Below are positions 9,421 to 19,173 of a stretch of DNA of 64,000 nt, in pieces (position 1 is the stretch's first letter; each line of letters opens with the position of its first letter). Origin of the DNA: an uncultured Planctomycetaceae bacterium (lineage in GTDB: Bacteria > Planctomycetota > Planctomycetia > Isosphaerales > Isosphaeraceae). Position numbers and translations under genes: made by a program. The stretch covers positions 5,856,001 to 5,920,000 of the forward strand of contig CAWIAD010000002.1 of NCBI GenBank assembly GCA_963833985.1. The letters are read 5' to 3'. Under the pieces are notes generated by a model. It was not told where the DNA came from and made no database searches. It saw only the letters and a program-made list of their open reading frames with translations.

Positions 9421-11434
9421 CACGCCCCCAACAATGTTGCAAAATCGTCCCTGATTCCTGACTCTGTCATTTCCAGATCGCGGCTTCGACCGAAGTACGG
9501 GCACGGATGGCAGCCCCGACTCGATCCCGATCCAAGGCAGGCTGGCGGCCGCGCTCTCGGAGAGGAGGAGTCGACATGATCACGTCCCCACGGAGGCCCA
9601 CGTTCAGTCCTCCTGTCACCCGCCACTTCGAGTTCACTCGGCTTCAGGAGCAATTGATCGCGCGTGCATATCAGGTCTTGATCCCGGTCGTTTCGCAGCG
9701 CCTGGATCGGCCGCGACCCAGCCGCAACCACGCGACTGTGGTCCACACTATCCAGTCCAAGGTCGGGGGGGTTTGACAAACCATGATCACGGACAATCTC
9801 CGCGTGGCGCTCTACGCCCGGGTTTCGGGGGAGCAGCAGGAGAAGGAGGACACGATCGCCAGCCAGCTCGAGGCGGTCACTCAGCGGATCGCCACTGATG
9901 GCTTGGAATGCGAGCCCGAACTGCACTTCGTGGACGACGGCGTCAGCGGTTACATCCTGGCCCGACCGGCACTCGAGCGACTTCGGGACCAAGCCGCCGC
10001 TGGAGCCATCGACCGCCTCTATATGCTCGATCCGGATCGACTTTCACGCAAGTATGCCTATCAGGTCTTGATCCTTGAGGAACTTATCCGGTGCGGTGTC
10101 GAGGTCGTCTTCTTGCGCAACCCCGTCGGCCGCAGTCCGGAAGCCGACCTGCTGCTTCAGGTCCAGGGAATGATCGCGGAATACGAGCGCGCCAAGATCA
10201 TGGAGCGTTGCCGCAGGGGCAAGCAACACGCCGCCCGCCGCGGTTCGGTCAACGTCCTCAGCGGCGCGCCGTACGGCTACCGTTACATCGGCAAGCACGA
10301 GGGAGGTGGCGAGGCGCGTTATCAGGTCCTCGCTGAAGAGTCCCGGGTCGTGCGGAAGATCTTCGAATGGGTGGGTCAGGAACGGTGCTCGATCGGCGAG
10401 GTGTGCCGACGCCTCCGGCGCGACAGTATCCCGACGCGGACCGGGAAATCGGCCTGGGATCGCGCGACGGTCTGGTTGATCCTCAAGAACCCTGCCTACA
10501 AGGGGACCGCGGCCTTCGGCAAGACGCGCTCAGGTGAGTTCAAACCTCAACGCCTCCGCCCGCAGCGAGGCCGCCCCGAACACTCCCGGCGACCGGTCTC
10601 ACGGGTTGATACATCCTCGGAAGATCAAATCTTCATTGAAGTCCCCGGGCTGGTGAGCGAAGACCTCTTCCTGGCTGTCCAGGCCCAGCTTGAAGAGAAC
10701 CGGCAACGCCGTCGCGACCGGCCCGGCGGTGGCCGATATCTGCTCCAGGGCCTGGTCGTCTGCAAGCGCTGCGGCTACGGCTGCTACGGCAAGCCGACGA
10801 GCCGAGCCGCGTTCGAGGGCAAGGGTAGGGTCCGCTACGCGTACTACCGTTGCACGGGCTCTGACGCCTATCGTTTCGGCGGGCAGCGCCTCTGCTGGAA
10901 CAAGCAGATCCGCACCGATATCCTTGACGCTGCCGTCTGGGAGGACTTACGAGGTCTCCTGTCCGAGCCGGAGCGGGTCCGGGAGGAGTACGAGCGGCGG
11001 CTGCAGGGTGCCCAGGGCGGGCCGAATCAGGAGGTGGAGCATCTCGGCAAATTGATAAATAATGTGAAAAAGATGATTTCTCGATTAATCGATGCTTACG
11101 GCGACGGGTTGCTCGACAAATCGGAGTTCGAGCCCCGGATCTCGGCGGCAAGGACGCGCCTCTTCGAGATTGGCGGAGGAGCATCGACAACGAATCGGCG
11201 AGGCCGCCCAAGAGGCGGAATTGCGACTGGTGATCGGTCAGTTGGAGGAGTTCGCACGTCGCGTCTCGCAAGGGTTGCAAGAGCCGGACTGGGCCACGCG
11301 ACGGGAGGTGGTTCGGGCCTTGGTGAAGAAGGTCGAGATCGACGAGCAGGAGGTCCGCATCGTGTATCGGGTCAGTCCGTCCCCTTTTGAGAAAGGCCCC
11401 CAACAACGTAGTTCGCAACATTGTTGGGGGCGTG
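9421..11434 (+). mobile_element. IS-like element carrying a large serine recombinase, bounded by perfect 20-bp inverted repeats
   Basis: CACGCCCCCAACAATGTTGC (9421-9440) is the exact reverse complement of GCAACATTGTTGGGGGCGTG (11415-11434). No target-site duplication visible. Confidence 0.8.
9576..9776 (+). CDS. Small hypothetical protein (66 aa) upstream of the recombinase
   Basis: Strong RBS AGGAGGAG before ATG 9576; stops 6 nt before the recombinase start. Confidence 0.6.
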   Translation: MITSPRRPTFSPPVTRHFEFTRLQEQLIARAYQVLIPVVSQRLDRPRPSRNHATVVHTIQSKVGGV

Positions 11435-11511
11435 TTGTCGGCTTCATCTGGCCTCTCCGCCTTATGCTGGCCGTTATCCCAGGTCGAGAGTTCGGCAGAG
11501 GTCATGTCTAG
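9783..11511 (+). pseudogene. Large serine recombinase (resolvase + recombinase + Zn-ribbon + coiled coil), frameshifted at ~11164
   Basis: ALYARVS catalytic Ser, DRLSR, APYGY, CKRCG..YYRC. An extra T in CTCTTCGAGA shifts the coiled-coil C-terminus (SRLAEEHRQ...VRALVKKVEID) into ORF 11092..11511. Confidence 0.88.
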
Positions 11512-11554
11512 TGGAGCGGAAGGGGATCGAATCCTCAACCTCAGCATTGCGAAC
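11510..11554 (-). tRNA. 3' half of tRNA-Ala(CGC); att-like fragment, not a complete tRNA
   Basis: Minus strand reads GTTCGCAATGCTGAGGTTGAGGATTCGATCCCCTTCCGCTCCACT: anticodon loop TTCGCAA, T-arm TTCGAT, acceptor 3' strand. No 5' half adjacent. Confidence 0.8.
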
Positions 11555-11726
11555 GGAGCATCGGGCGAATTCGTAAGTAGCTTATCGGAAAGAACTTAAA
11601 GTCGCGCCTAGGGTCGCTGGCGGTTTCCGGGAATTTACAGGATTTCCTGTGTTTTTCGTTGGCTTCGCGCCGTATCTCTGCAATTGCAGCGTTCACGCCA
11701 CTGCGTTGCAGTGGCAATAGCCATAG

Positions 11727-13236
11727 TTCTACTGTATCTCTACGTTCGTAGTTGGTTCTTCAAAGGGGGTAAGAGTTTGCGTGAGTAATGCTGGAAGAAT
11801 CGGGCGAGCTCGTTGCGTTCCAACCAACGTGTGGTGCACCGGGAGAGCTTCTCGGGGCTGTTGACGTTGAGACGTTCCTCGATGATCCCTGCGATCAGTT
11901 GCCGCAACCGCGGTGACGTCAATGCCGGTGTCTGTATTTTTTCCCCGCCGCGTCTCCTGATTCAGGAACCACGCGGCCACGAGCGACAAGGTTTGATGGT
12001 GATGCCAGGCGATCCAGTTCCGCACCTGGTAATCGGCCAGGCCCGCCTCCCCTTTGCCCCGCTCCAGGCACTCCTCGATCCGATGCGCCAGTTTGGCCAC
12101 CCGGCCAAATTCGATCAACGGAGTTTCGGCTTTACTATTTGATAAATAATAATCATGTTTAACAGTTCCATCGGCCTGTTGCTCACGCGTGATGAAGAGG
12201 ACCTCCTCGAAACCTGCACGATTGCCCGGTCCTCGAGATTGGACGCGCCGCTTGATCGCGTCGACCACCAAAGGTCCCTTCTCGCCATCACGGACGTCGA
12301 GCCTCGTCCACGCCGATTCCGGCAGGGCCGCACGCCAATGATCCACACGCATGAAAGGAGCCTTGGGGGGTTGACCCCGCCCCCCATATTCCGGTGGCGG
12401 TGCCTCCAGATCGCGGATCGTCGTGTTCGACGGAACCGCCAACAGATACTGCTCCCCCCGCTCCCTCAACGCCTGGCGAAAACTCGCGGGACGGCCCATT
12501 TCATCGTCCCCCGCCACCCACGCGTGTGGCAGCAACCCACCTTGCTCATCCAGCATCGCCAGGGCCAACTGATGGCGCGTCTGGAACTTGATGGACTTGG
12601 GAACGCCAGCCTTGTTCCGGCGGTCGCGATCCTTGGCCCATTCCTTGGGCAAGTAAAGCCTTACATTGGTAATCGTATGCTCTTTTCTAGACGCATAAGC
12701 CATGTAGACGCCAACCTGACAGTTCTCAACCTTCCCCAGCCGGCCGCACCACTGCCGCGCGACGCCCACCGACATAGTCCCTTTCTTGGGGAAGCCCGAA
12801 GGGTCGAAGATAATCACCCCATCCTTCTCGCCCAGTTGCTCGCCGACCTGCTGCGCCAGGATCGTGAGCAGGGGTTGATGATCCCATGGCACGTGCCCGA
12901 TGAACTTTTGGATTCCTTGTCGTTCTTGATCGTGGAGATAAGCGATTCCCTCGCCGGTCTTGTGCTCAAGCTTCGACAGCAGACCGGTAACGTACTCGGT
13001 TGCATGTCGATGTTGTTCAGGTTCGCTCAGGGTCGCAGCGAACGGCTCGATGAAGACGTCCAACCGTTCCAGCAGACCATCGATCAAGTCAGGCGACACC
13101 TGCGATTGTGCCAGCATGTCAGCCAACCGTGCTTCGTATCGTCGATCCATGACGCCCTCGCTTCCTTGTAACATCCTTGACGGAAGCGAATATCAGAAAA
13201 AACCTTACAGTTCGTCAACCCCAGGATACAGTAGAA
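11727..13236 (-). mobile_element. IS701-family insertion sequence
   Basis: 12-bp TIR TTCTACTGTATC / GATACAGTAGAA; 4-bp target duplication ATAG (11723-11726, 13237-13240). Confidence 0.92.
11729..13150 (-). CDS. IS701-family DDE transposase
   Basis: DPSGFPKKGTMSVGVARQWCGRLGKVENCQVGV, RLYLPKEW, GDDEMG, IEECLERGKGEAGLADYQVR. Confidence 0.92.
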   Translation of the reverse strand: MDRRYEARLADMLAQSQVSPDLIDGLLERLDVFIEPFAATLSEPEQHRHATEYVTGLLSKLEHKTGEGIAYLHDQERQGIQKFIGHVPWDHQPLLTILAQQVGEQLGEKDGVIIFDPSGFPKKGTMSVGVARQWCGRLGKVENCQVGVYMAYASRKEHTITNVRLYLPKEWAKDRDRRNKAGVPKSIKFQTRHQLALAMLDEQGGLLPHAWVAGDDEMGRPASFRQALRERGEQYLLAVPSNTTIRDLEAPPPEYGGRGQPPKAPFMRVDHWRAALPESAWTRLDVRDGEKGPLVVDAIKRRVQSRGPGNRAGFEEVLFITREQQADGTVKHDYYLSNSKAETPLIEFGRVAKLAHRIEECLERGKGEAGLADYQVRNWIAWHHHQTLSLVAAWFLNQETRRGKNTDTGIDVTAVAATDRRDHRGTSQRQQPREALPVHHTLVGTQRARPILPALLTQTLTPFEEPTTNVEIQ

Positions 13237-13456
13237 ATAGTTACGCTTATGCACAAAGAAGCAGCCGCTGAAGGCGACGATGGCTTCGTCGGTTTTGCCG
13301 CCGGTCTCGACCGAGGCCGTGATCTCATAGTTTGGGTTCGTTGCTTTTGTTGCTCTCGATTGCCGAGGTCGGAGACAGTGAGTGGATAGGGGTCGTTACA
13401 AGCGCCACCAGAAAAGGCGACATCACGGACATTGACGGTTGGCACCCAGTCAGTGC

Positions 13457-16400
13457 TTACGGGCTGGCGATATGGTACGGCTTTTTCTCCTGATAAAGCT
13501 TCAACCGCGTTCGGTATTCATCTTTCTCTTTTTCGTCGGTAAGAAGCTCGAACGCCTTGGATTGCCACTTCGCGGCCGCGTCAAAGTTGCCTGCCTCAGC
13601 GAAGGCAGCGGCGAGGGTATCGAGGTAGGCGGGATTTTTCCATTCAGTGAGTTCGCACACCTTGGTGGCGAATTCGACTGCGGTCTTGCCGTCGCGTAGC
13701 TTCGGATTGTGATCAGTGGCAAGATCCCAGGCGATCGCATTGCACGTTGCCCCTGGGTCCCGCTTGATCGCGAGCCGGAACTGGGCAATGCCTTCTTGAT
13801 GCTTACCTCGTCGAAGATAGGCCGTGCCCAAATGACTATGGATCCCGGCATCCTCCTTCGATCGGAGCTGTTCGTGAAGGAGATCGATCGCCTTGTCGAG
13901 CTCGGCGTTCGATTCGAAGGCCTTACCCTGTTTCTCGAGCAATTCGGCGAGACCTTCATGAAGTTCGACGCTTTCCGGATGAGCCTTGATCGCCTCGCGG
14001 TAAACCGCAATTGACTCCTCGGCCTTCCCTTGCCGCCCGAACATGCCTGCGAGGCCTTGGTGGAGTTCGACGCTTTCCGGATGAGCCTTGATCGCCTCGC
14101 GGTAGGCCGCGATCGCTTCGACGGCCTTCCCCTGTTTCTCGAGCAATTCGGCAAGGCCTTCATGAAGATCAGAACGCTCCGGATGAGCCTTGATCGCCTC
14201 GCGGTAAACCGCAATCGCACCGTCGTAATCTCCAGTAAGCGCTAAAGCATTGCCGAGAGATTTGTAGCGCCAGGGCCGGTCGGGACTCCCACCGTACTGA
14301 CCGATCCTCACACTGACTATAGCCTTGTTCAACCAGTCGAATTCGCCAAAGATTCTTGAGACGATGGATGAGTTGAGGCCTTCGTCTCCTGGCCGCGTGT
14401 TACGCGTTGTTTCTCGCAACTGATGTTCTTCAAGGCGAGTCGCTTCTCTTAATTCCGCGATCTCGCCCTTGTAGTCGTTGGCTTGCCTGAGCGCCGACGC
14501 AAGCACGCTGTGATACTCGGGATTCGAGGGAGAAAGTCTGGTGGCTTCGCGCAACTCGTTGATGGAGTCTTGGAGAGATCCTTTTCGTCGCAGAACCAGG
14601 CCAAGCCAGTATCGGCATTCCGAATCTTTCGGGTCGAGCCGAGAAACCTCTCGGAATGAGGCGAGCAAGCTATCGACGTCGCGACTTGCCGAAAACAGCA
14701 AAAAGACTGCGCACCGTCCATGCGCAAAAACGTCACCAGGAGTGCGACGGACCGCTTCACTCAGGCGCACACTCATGCGTTTCTCAGAGACTTGGGCTTC
14801 CGTCGCCTGTCCGGATTGCTTGAGCAACAACCAAAGCCGAAAGAAATTGTTTAAATTGTCAGGCTCGATCCGCGCTAACTCCCTTCGAACGGCGAGTGCT
14901 TCCTCCTCCCGTTGACTGCAATGAAGCATTTCTACGAGATCGGCTCCCATCTGCGGTTCCAGGGCTCGTGCCGCGGTGAAGTAGCGAATCGCCTCGGTCG
15001 TGTTGTTGTTCTGATATGCCAGATCGAGGTTGGTCCAGAGATCCCCCGGGTAACGGAGCACAGATCTCCTGAGAACGCTGAGCGCGGCTTCGGAGTCGCC
15101 GGCTCGGCTCAAGAGTCGCGAAACCAGCAGGGGCATTTCGGGTCCAGAATCGAGGAGCGACTCATGGCTCGCTGTGTCCCGCAAACTCTGGAGACGAGGT
15201 TTGAGATCCTTTTCCAGGAAGAGAACTCGCATCCGATTTCGCTCGGGATCGGGGTCAAGGCCTTTGATCACGTCGAGGATTCGATGTATTGGGTAGGCGG
15301 CCGTCTTTGAGGTCGATTCCGGGAGGTGGTCATGTCGAATCACGATCCATCGTTCAAGGTTGCTCACCAAACCGCGAACAACCGGCGCAGGAAGCTCCTT
15401 GAGTTCCCGAATTGCATCACCACTGTTGGTGGTATCGAGATCGAGTTTGTATCGCTGGAATGCCAGAGAAAACTTGCGATCCGCTTTCGGTGCCCATTGT
15501 TCCAGTAACCGCGCGCCCCGCGGTCGTATATGTTCAAGTTCCTCTAAGAGATTCTGGCCACGGTCCGCTTGCTCTTGCTCCGCGGACAAATCATCGCGTA
15601 GAGCGGCCAGGCGTTGACCACGATCCGATCGCGCCAGATTGCCGAGCGAAGCCAACGCCAGGTCGGCAGCGACCAACGCCTCGCGACGACGCGGTGATTC
15701 GGGCCCGTCAGAAATGGCCTGTTCTCGAAGCGTCTGAATTCGGGCCAGCGTCGTTTCGAGAGAACTAAGTCGGGACTGGCGCTGCTGGTAAACCCAGAAT
15801 CCGACACTTCCTCCAAGCACCATCAATCCCAGCAACGATGCCGCCAGCGCGACAGTCAACCGCATGCGCTGCCGCTCGACCGCGACTCGCTTGGTCGCCT
15901 CCTCGGCTCGGGCTTTTTCTTCAGCCCGCGCGATCTCAGACTGGCGGAGTCGCTCCTGGACTCGGGAATGATAGAGGCTCATCCGCTCGGCGACGTCACC
16001 GGCAGTTCGAGGCCGGTCGTCACGCTCGGACGCAAGGCACGACTTGGCCAGAGCGATCAATTCCGGATCATGACCGAAGCTGTTCTGGTCGAGCCGGTTG
16101 AAGGCCTCGGCCAATTCGCCGCGGGCGGCCTTGCGCTGGATCTCGCCGGGGCTGCGGCCGGTGAAGGCGGGTTCGCCGGTCAGAATCTCGCAGAAGATCG
16201 AGCCGAGCGCGAAAACGTCGGCACGTTCGTCGATCTGATCGCCTTCGCCACGGGCTTGCTCGGGAGCCATGTAGGAGGGCGTGCCCATGATCGAGCCAGC
16301 TTGCGACAGGTCGGAATCCGAATCGCTGCGTGCCGTGGCGATGACCGTCCCCTGGGCCTTCGTCTGACCAGCCGACGCGTCTTCAACCGCGCCGCCCCGC

Positions 16401-17158
16401 GGCAGCACCTTGGCCAGGCCCCAATCCATTACCTGGACCTCGCCAAAGGAGCCAACCATCACGTTGGACGGTTTCAGGTCGCGGTGGATCACACTCCGGG
16501 CGTGGGCGTAAGCCATCGTCTGACAGATGGATTCGAAGATCGAGAGTAAACGCGGCAAGCCGTCGCTGGGTGATTTTCGAGTCGCGAGGATTTCCGCCAG
16601 GGTGTGGCCCTTGACCAGCTTCATCGCGAAATACGGACGGCGGTCGCCAAAAGCGCCCAGCTCATAAATGGGCACGATGCCCGGATGTTGCAACTGCCCC
16701 GCGATCTGGGCTTCCTCGATGAAGCGATGAATCATCTCGGGCTTGTCTCGATGCGCTGCGAGCAAGATCTTCACCGCCAGGTCGCGTCCCAGGTCGGAAT
16801 CACGGCCCTTGAAGACGGCTCCCATGCCGCCGCGAGCAATCTCACCGAAGAGCTGCAATCGCGCTGAGCGCTCGGAGGGGTCGGGTATTTCGGGAGATGA
16901 CGGTCGGATCACGGCGTCAGGATCGGTGCTTGAGTCGGCGTCCCGGAGCAGGACCGGCGGGATGTTGCCGAAGGCTTCTCCGAACGAGGCCAGCACGCTC
17001 GACGAGGCCGGCCCGAACGTGATCGTTACATCTGGCAATACGGACCCCTCGCCCATGAGTCCCGCCTTCAGCAAACAAGCGGGACACAGACCCGAAGGGG
17101 CATCGGCAGGTCGCTTCGCTCCACAGCCTCGGCAGCAATCCAGTCCATCCATCATCAA
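13457..17158 (-). CDS. Ser/Thr protein kinase with TM helix and C-terminal TPR array
   Basis: N-terminal CRGCG..CPACLL Zn-finger-like segment, [33 protein letters not shown]; many TPR repeats. Confidence 0.95.
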   Translation of the reverse strand: MMMDGLDCCRGCGAKRPADAPSGLCPACLLKAGLMGEGSVLPDVTITFGPASSSVLASFGEAFGNIPPVLLRDADSSTDPDAVIRPSSPEIPDPSERSARLQLFGEIARGGMGAVFKGRDSDLGRDLAVKILLAAHRDKPEMIHRFIEEAQIAGQLQHPGIVPIYELGAFGDRRPYFAMKLVKGHTLAEILATRKSPSDGLPRLLSIFESICQTMAYAHARSVIHRDLKPSNVMVGSFGEVQVMDWGLAKVLPRGGAVEDASAGQTKAQGTVIATARSDSDSDLSQAGSIMGTPSYMAPEQARGEGDQIDERADVFALGSIFCEILTGEPAFTGRSPGEIQRKAARGELAEAFNRLDQNSFGHDPELIALAKSCLASERDDRPRTAGDVAERMSLYHSRVQERLRQSEIARAEEKARAEEATKRVAVERQRMRLTVALAASLLGLMVLGGSVGFWVYQQRQSRLSSLETTLARIQTLREQAISDGPESPRRREALVAADLALASLGNLARSDRGQRLAALRDDLSAEQEQADRGQNLLEELEHIRPRGARLLEQWAPKADRKFSLAFQRYKLDLDTTNSGDAIRELKELPAPVVRGLVSNLERWIVIRHDHLPESTSKTAAYPIHRILDVIKGLDPDPERNRMRVLFLEKDLKPRLQSLRDTASHESLLDSGPEMPLLVSRLLSRAGDSEAALSVLRRSVLRYPGDLWTNLDLAYQNNNTTEAIRYFTAARALEPQMGADLVEMLHCSQREEEALAVRRELARIEPDNLNNFFRLWLLLKQSGQATEAQVSEKRMSVRLSEAVRRTPGDVFAHGRCAVFLLFSASRDVDSLLASFREVSRLDPKDSECRYWLGLVLRRKGSLQDSINELREATRLSPSNPEYHSVLASALRQANDYKGEIAELREATRLEEHQLRETTRNTRPGDEGLNSSIVSRIFGEFDWLNKAIVSVRIGQYGGSPDRPWRYKSLGNALALTGDYDGAIAVYREAIKAHPERSDLHEGLAELLEKQGKAVEAIAAYREAIKAHPESVELHQGLAGMFGRQGKAEESIAVYREAIKAHPESVELHEGLAELLEKQGKAFESNAELDKAIDLLHEQLRSKEDAGIHSHLGTAYLRRGKHQEGIAQFRLAIKRDPGATCNAIAWDLATDHNPKLRDGKTAVEFATKVCELTEWKNPAYLDTLAAAFAEAGNFDAAAKWQSKAFELLTDEKEKDEYRTRLKLYQEKKPYHIASP
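13915..14220 (-). repeat. Three near-identical 102-bp (34-aa) TPR-coding tandem repeats
   Basis: [23 protein letters not shown] three times; TCCGGATGAGCCTTGATCGCCTCGCGGTA recurs at 102-bp spacing. Confidence 0.85.
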
Positions 17159-17247
17159 GCCTCCCAGGCGCGCACCATGGTCCCACTATGCTTTCATGAC
17201 GGACGGATCGAGAAAGGTTACAGCGGATTCCTCACGAGGCACTGGAA

Positions 17248-17973
17248 TCAAGACAACGCATTCAGGAGATCGGCGATCTCGGCGTCGATATCAGCCGGAT
17301 CGGCGACGGTCCGGGCGACCTCCTCTCGAAGGATTTGCCGGTAACGACTACGGAAGCGGTGAGCGGCGACCTTGACAGAACCCTCGCTCATTTGCAGCGT
17401 TTCGCCGATCTCTTTGTAGGATTCCACCACGTCGTTTCCCTCTAGCATGGGTCGCAGGTGGTGGAAAAGATCAGCCCTGCCTCCACGGCTTGCCTCTGAT
17501 TCCAGGCGAGCCAGGACATGTCCAAGCAGGACCATCGCCCAGCGCCGCTCAAAGAGACGCTCGGCCGTCAGACAGTGGGCCGGTTCGTTGATGTAACGTC
17601 CTTCGGCGTCTTGCAGATCGATCGAGACCGGAGTACGGCCTCCTCCGCGCTTCAAAGCACGGTCATGATCGCGAGCTTGGGACAGGAAGTGGCTACAGGA
17701 CGTTCTGAGAAACGAGCGGAACCGGCCGCGAGCAGGATCGGCTTTCGCCAGGTCGCCACGCTCAATCAAGTCGGCCAGAAACCCCTGAACGAGGTCGCCG
17801 GCCTCTTCTCGATCAAGTCCCTGGCGGCGGGCAAAGGCATAGAGCGGATACCAGTAATCGCGGCAAAGTCGCTCCAATGCGTCTCGGCCTTCCTGATCGG
17901 TCGGACCACCAGCGCGAAGAACGCGACTCCAGTGAGTCGTCGGGAATCCTGCCGCCGGCAGGAACTCGGACAT
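17248..17973 (-). CDS. ECF sigma factor (kinase-associated, FPTTHWS type)
   Basis: FPTTHWSRV, LCRDYWYPLYAFARR, DLVQGF, RGRFRSFL, FERRWA, C-terminal HTH (YKEIG..SEGSVKVAAHR); directly upstream of the kinase. Confidence 0.9.
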   Translation of the reverse strand: MSEFLPAAGFPTTHWSRVLRAGGPTDQEGRDALERLCRDYWYPLYAFARRQGLDREEAGDLVQGFLADLIERGDLAKADPARGRFRSFLRTSCSHFLSQARDHDRALKRGGGRTPVSIDLQDAEGRYINEPAHCLTAERLFERRWAMVLLGHVLARLESEASRGGRADLFHHLRPMLEGNDVVESYKEIGETLQMSEGSVKVAAHRFRSRYRQILREEVARTVADPADIDAEIADLLNALS

Positions 17974-18347
17974 GGTTTCCTCGTCGCACCCATTGCGATG
18001 ATTGATTGGGCTTTGCCCCACCGAGAATCTGTCTAGCTTACGGCAAGAACACTGGGCATCAAAGTACCGAACGCAGCCGAACAAACGACGGCGGTTTCGC
18101 CGACGAGGTTTGAACTTGCCACCTCACGGTCCCGAAGCCCCTGGTTGAACTGCAAGTGGCAGGTTTGTCAACGTAATGAACAGGCGATCAAGTAACGCGC
18201 AACTCTGCAACCAAAATCCGGCGCAGAGGTGTGTTGAATATAGACTTGGGAGTGTCAGTTCTATGTCAACTCTGCAATATCACACTTTTATATCTAGAAC
18301 TTATGCTGCGATAGATGCCGGAAGTTCTTGCGGCACAGAGACTTGCA

Positions 18348-18392
18348 AGTGGAGCGGAAGGGGATCGAACCCTCAACCTCAGCATTGCGAAC
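18348..18392 (-). tRNA. Second 3' half of tRNA-Ala(CGC); att-like fragment
   Basis: 45-bp direct repeat of 11510-11554 with one mismatch (GAACCC vs GAATCC); no 5' half adjacent. Confidence 0.8.
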
Positions 18393-18650
18393 CATGTAAA
18401 CTCGTCTGCCGAAAAGCTACCGAAGCTACAGGCCAGACATAGCTTACATATTCCTTTGCGTTTCGCAAGATGACGCATGCCGTTCCGTGTTTTCGCGAGG
18501 ATTCGCACTACCTACGGCTGCAGAACGTTACCCAACGTTACCCCGGCGACACATAGCAATGGGCTATCAGTGGGCGAGCACGACTGCGAGTGCTGTGTTG
18601 GTGTCGAACGCGAGCCGCGGGCGAGTTTCTTGTCACCGGGGGAGCCAGTC

Positions 18651-19173
18651 TAGTGTCCTGAGTTACAAATTCGCCAAATAACCTTGACTTATCATGTATT
18701 CGTCATATAATCTCTCAAAGGAGATTTATGATGAATAAAGGTGGTCGCCCCAAGGCTACTCTCACTTTGAATGATGTCGAGCGTCAGAAACTCGAAGCGT
18801 GGTCGCGCCGGCCCAAGACCAGCCAGCGTCTCGCCCTCCGTTCGCGGATCATCTTGGCTTGCGATCAAGGTTTCGATAATCAGGAAGTCGCCGCACAGGT
18901 CCGGGTGAATGTCGTGACGGTCGGGAAATGGCGGAAACGTTTCCTCCTCGATCGTCTCGACGGCCTGTCCGACGAGCCAAGGCCGGGGGCGCCCTGCAAA
19001 ATCACGGACGCAATGGTCGAGGCCGTTGTGACCAAGACTCTGGAGGAGAAACCCAAGGCCGCCACGCATTTGAGCACTCGGGGCATGGCGGAAGCCGTCG
19101 GCTTGTCTCAGACAGCGATCTCGCGTATCTGGCGAGCGTTCGACTTGAAGCCTCACCGCAGCGAGACGTTCAA
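18651..19173 (+). pseudogene. IS630-family element, left end and N-terminal HTH only, truncated at IS1634
   Basis: End TAGTGTCCTGAGTTAC; ORF from 18728 (RSRIILAC, VGKWRKRF, DEPRPGAP, RIWRAFDLKPHRSETF) breaks at the IS1634 TIR. The DDE half is not found in the window. Confidence 0.85.

Noticed and set aside
11510..18392. Functional tRNA genes
   Set aside because: Only the anticodon loop to 3' end is present; no D-arm or acceptor 5' strand at either copy.
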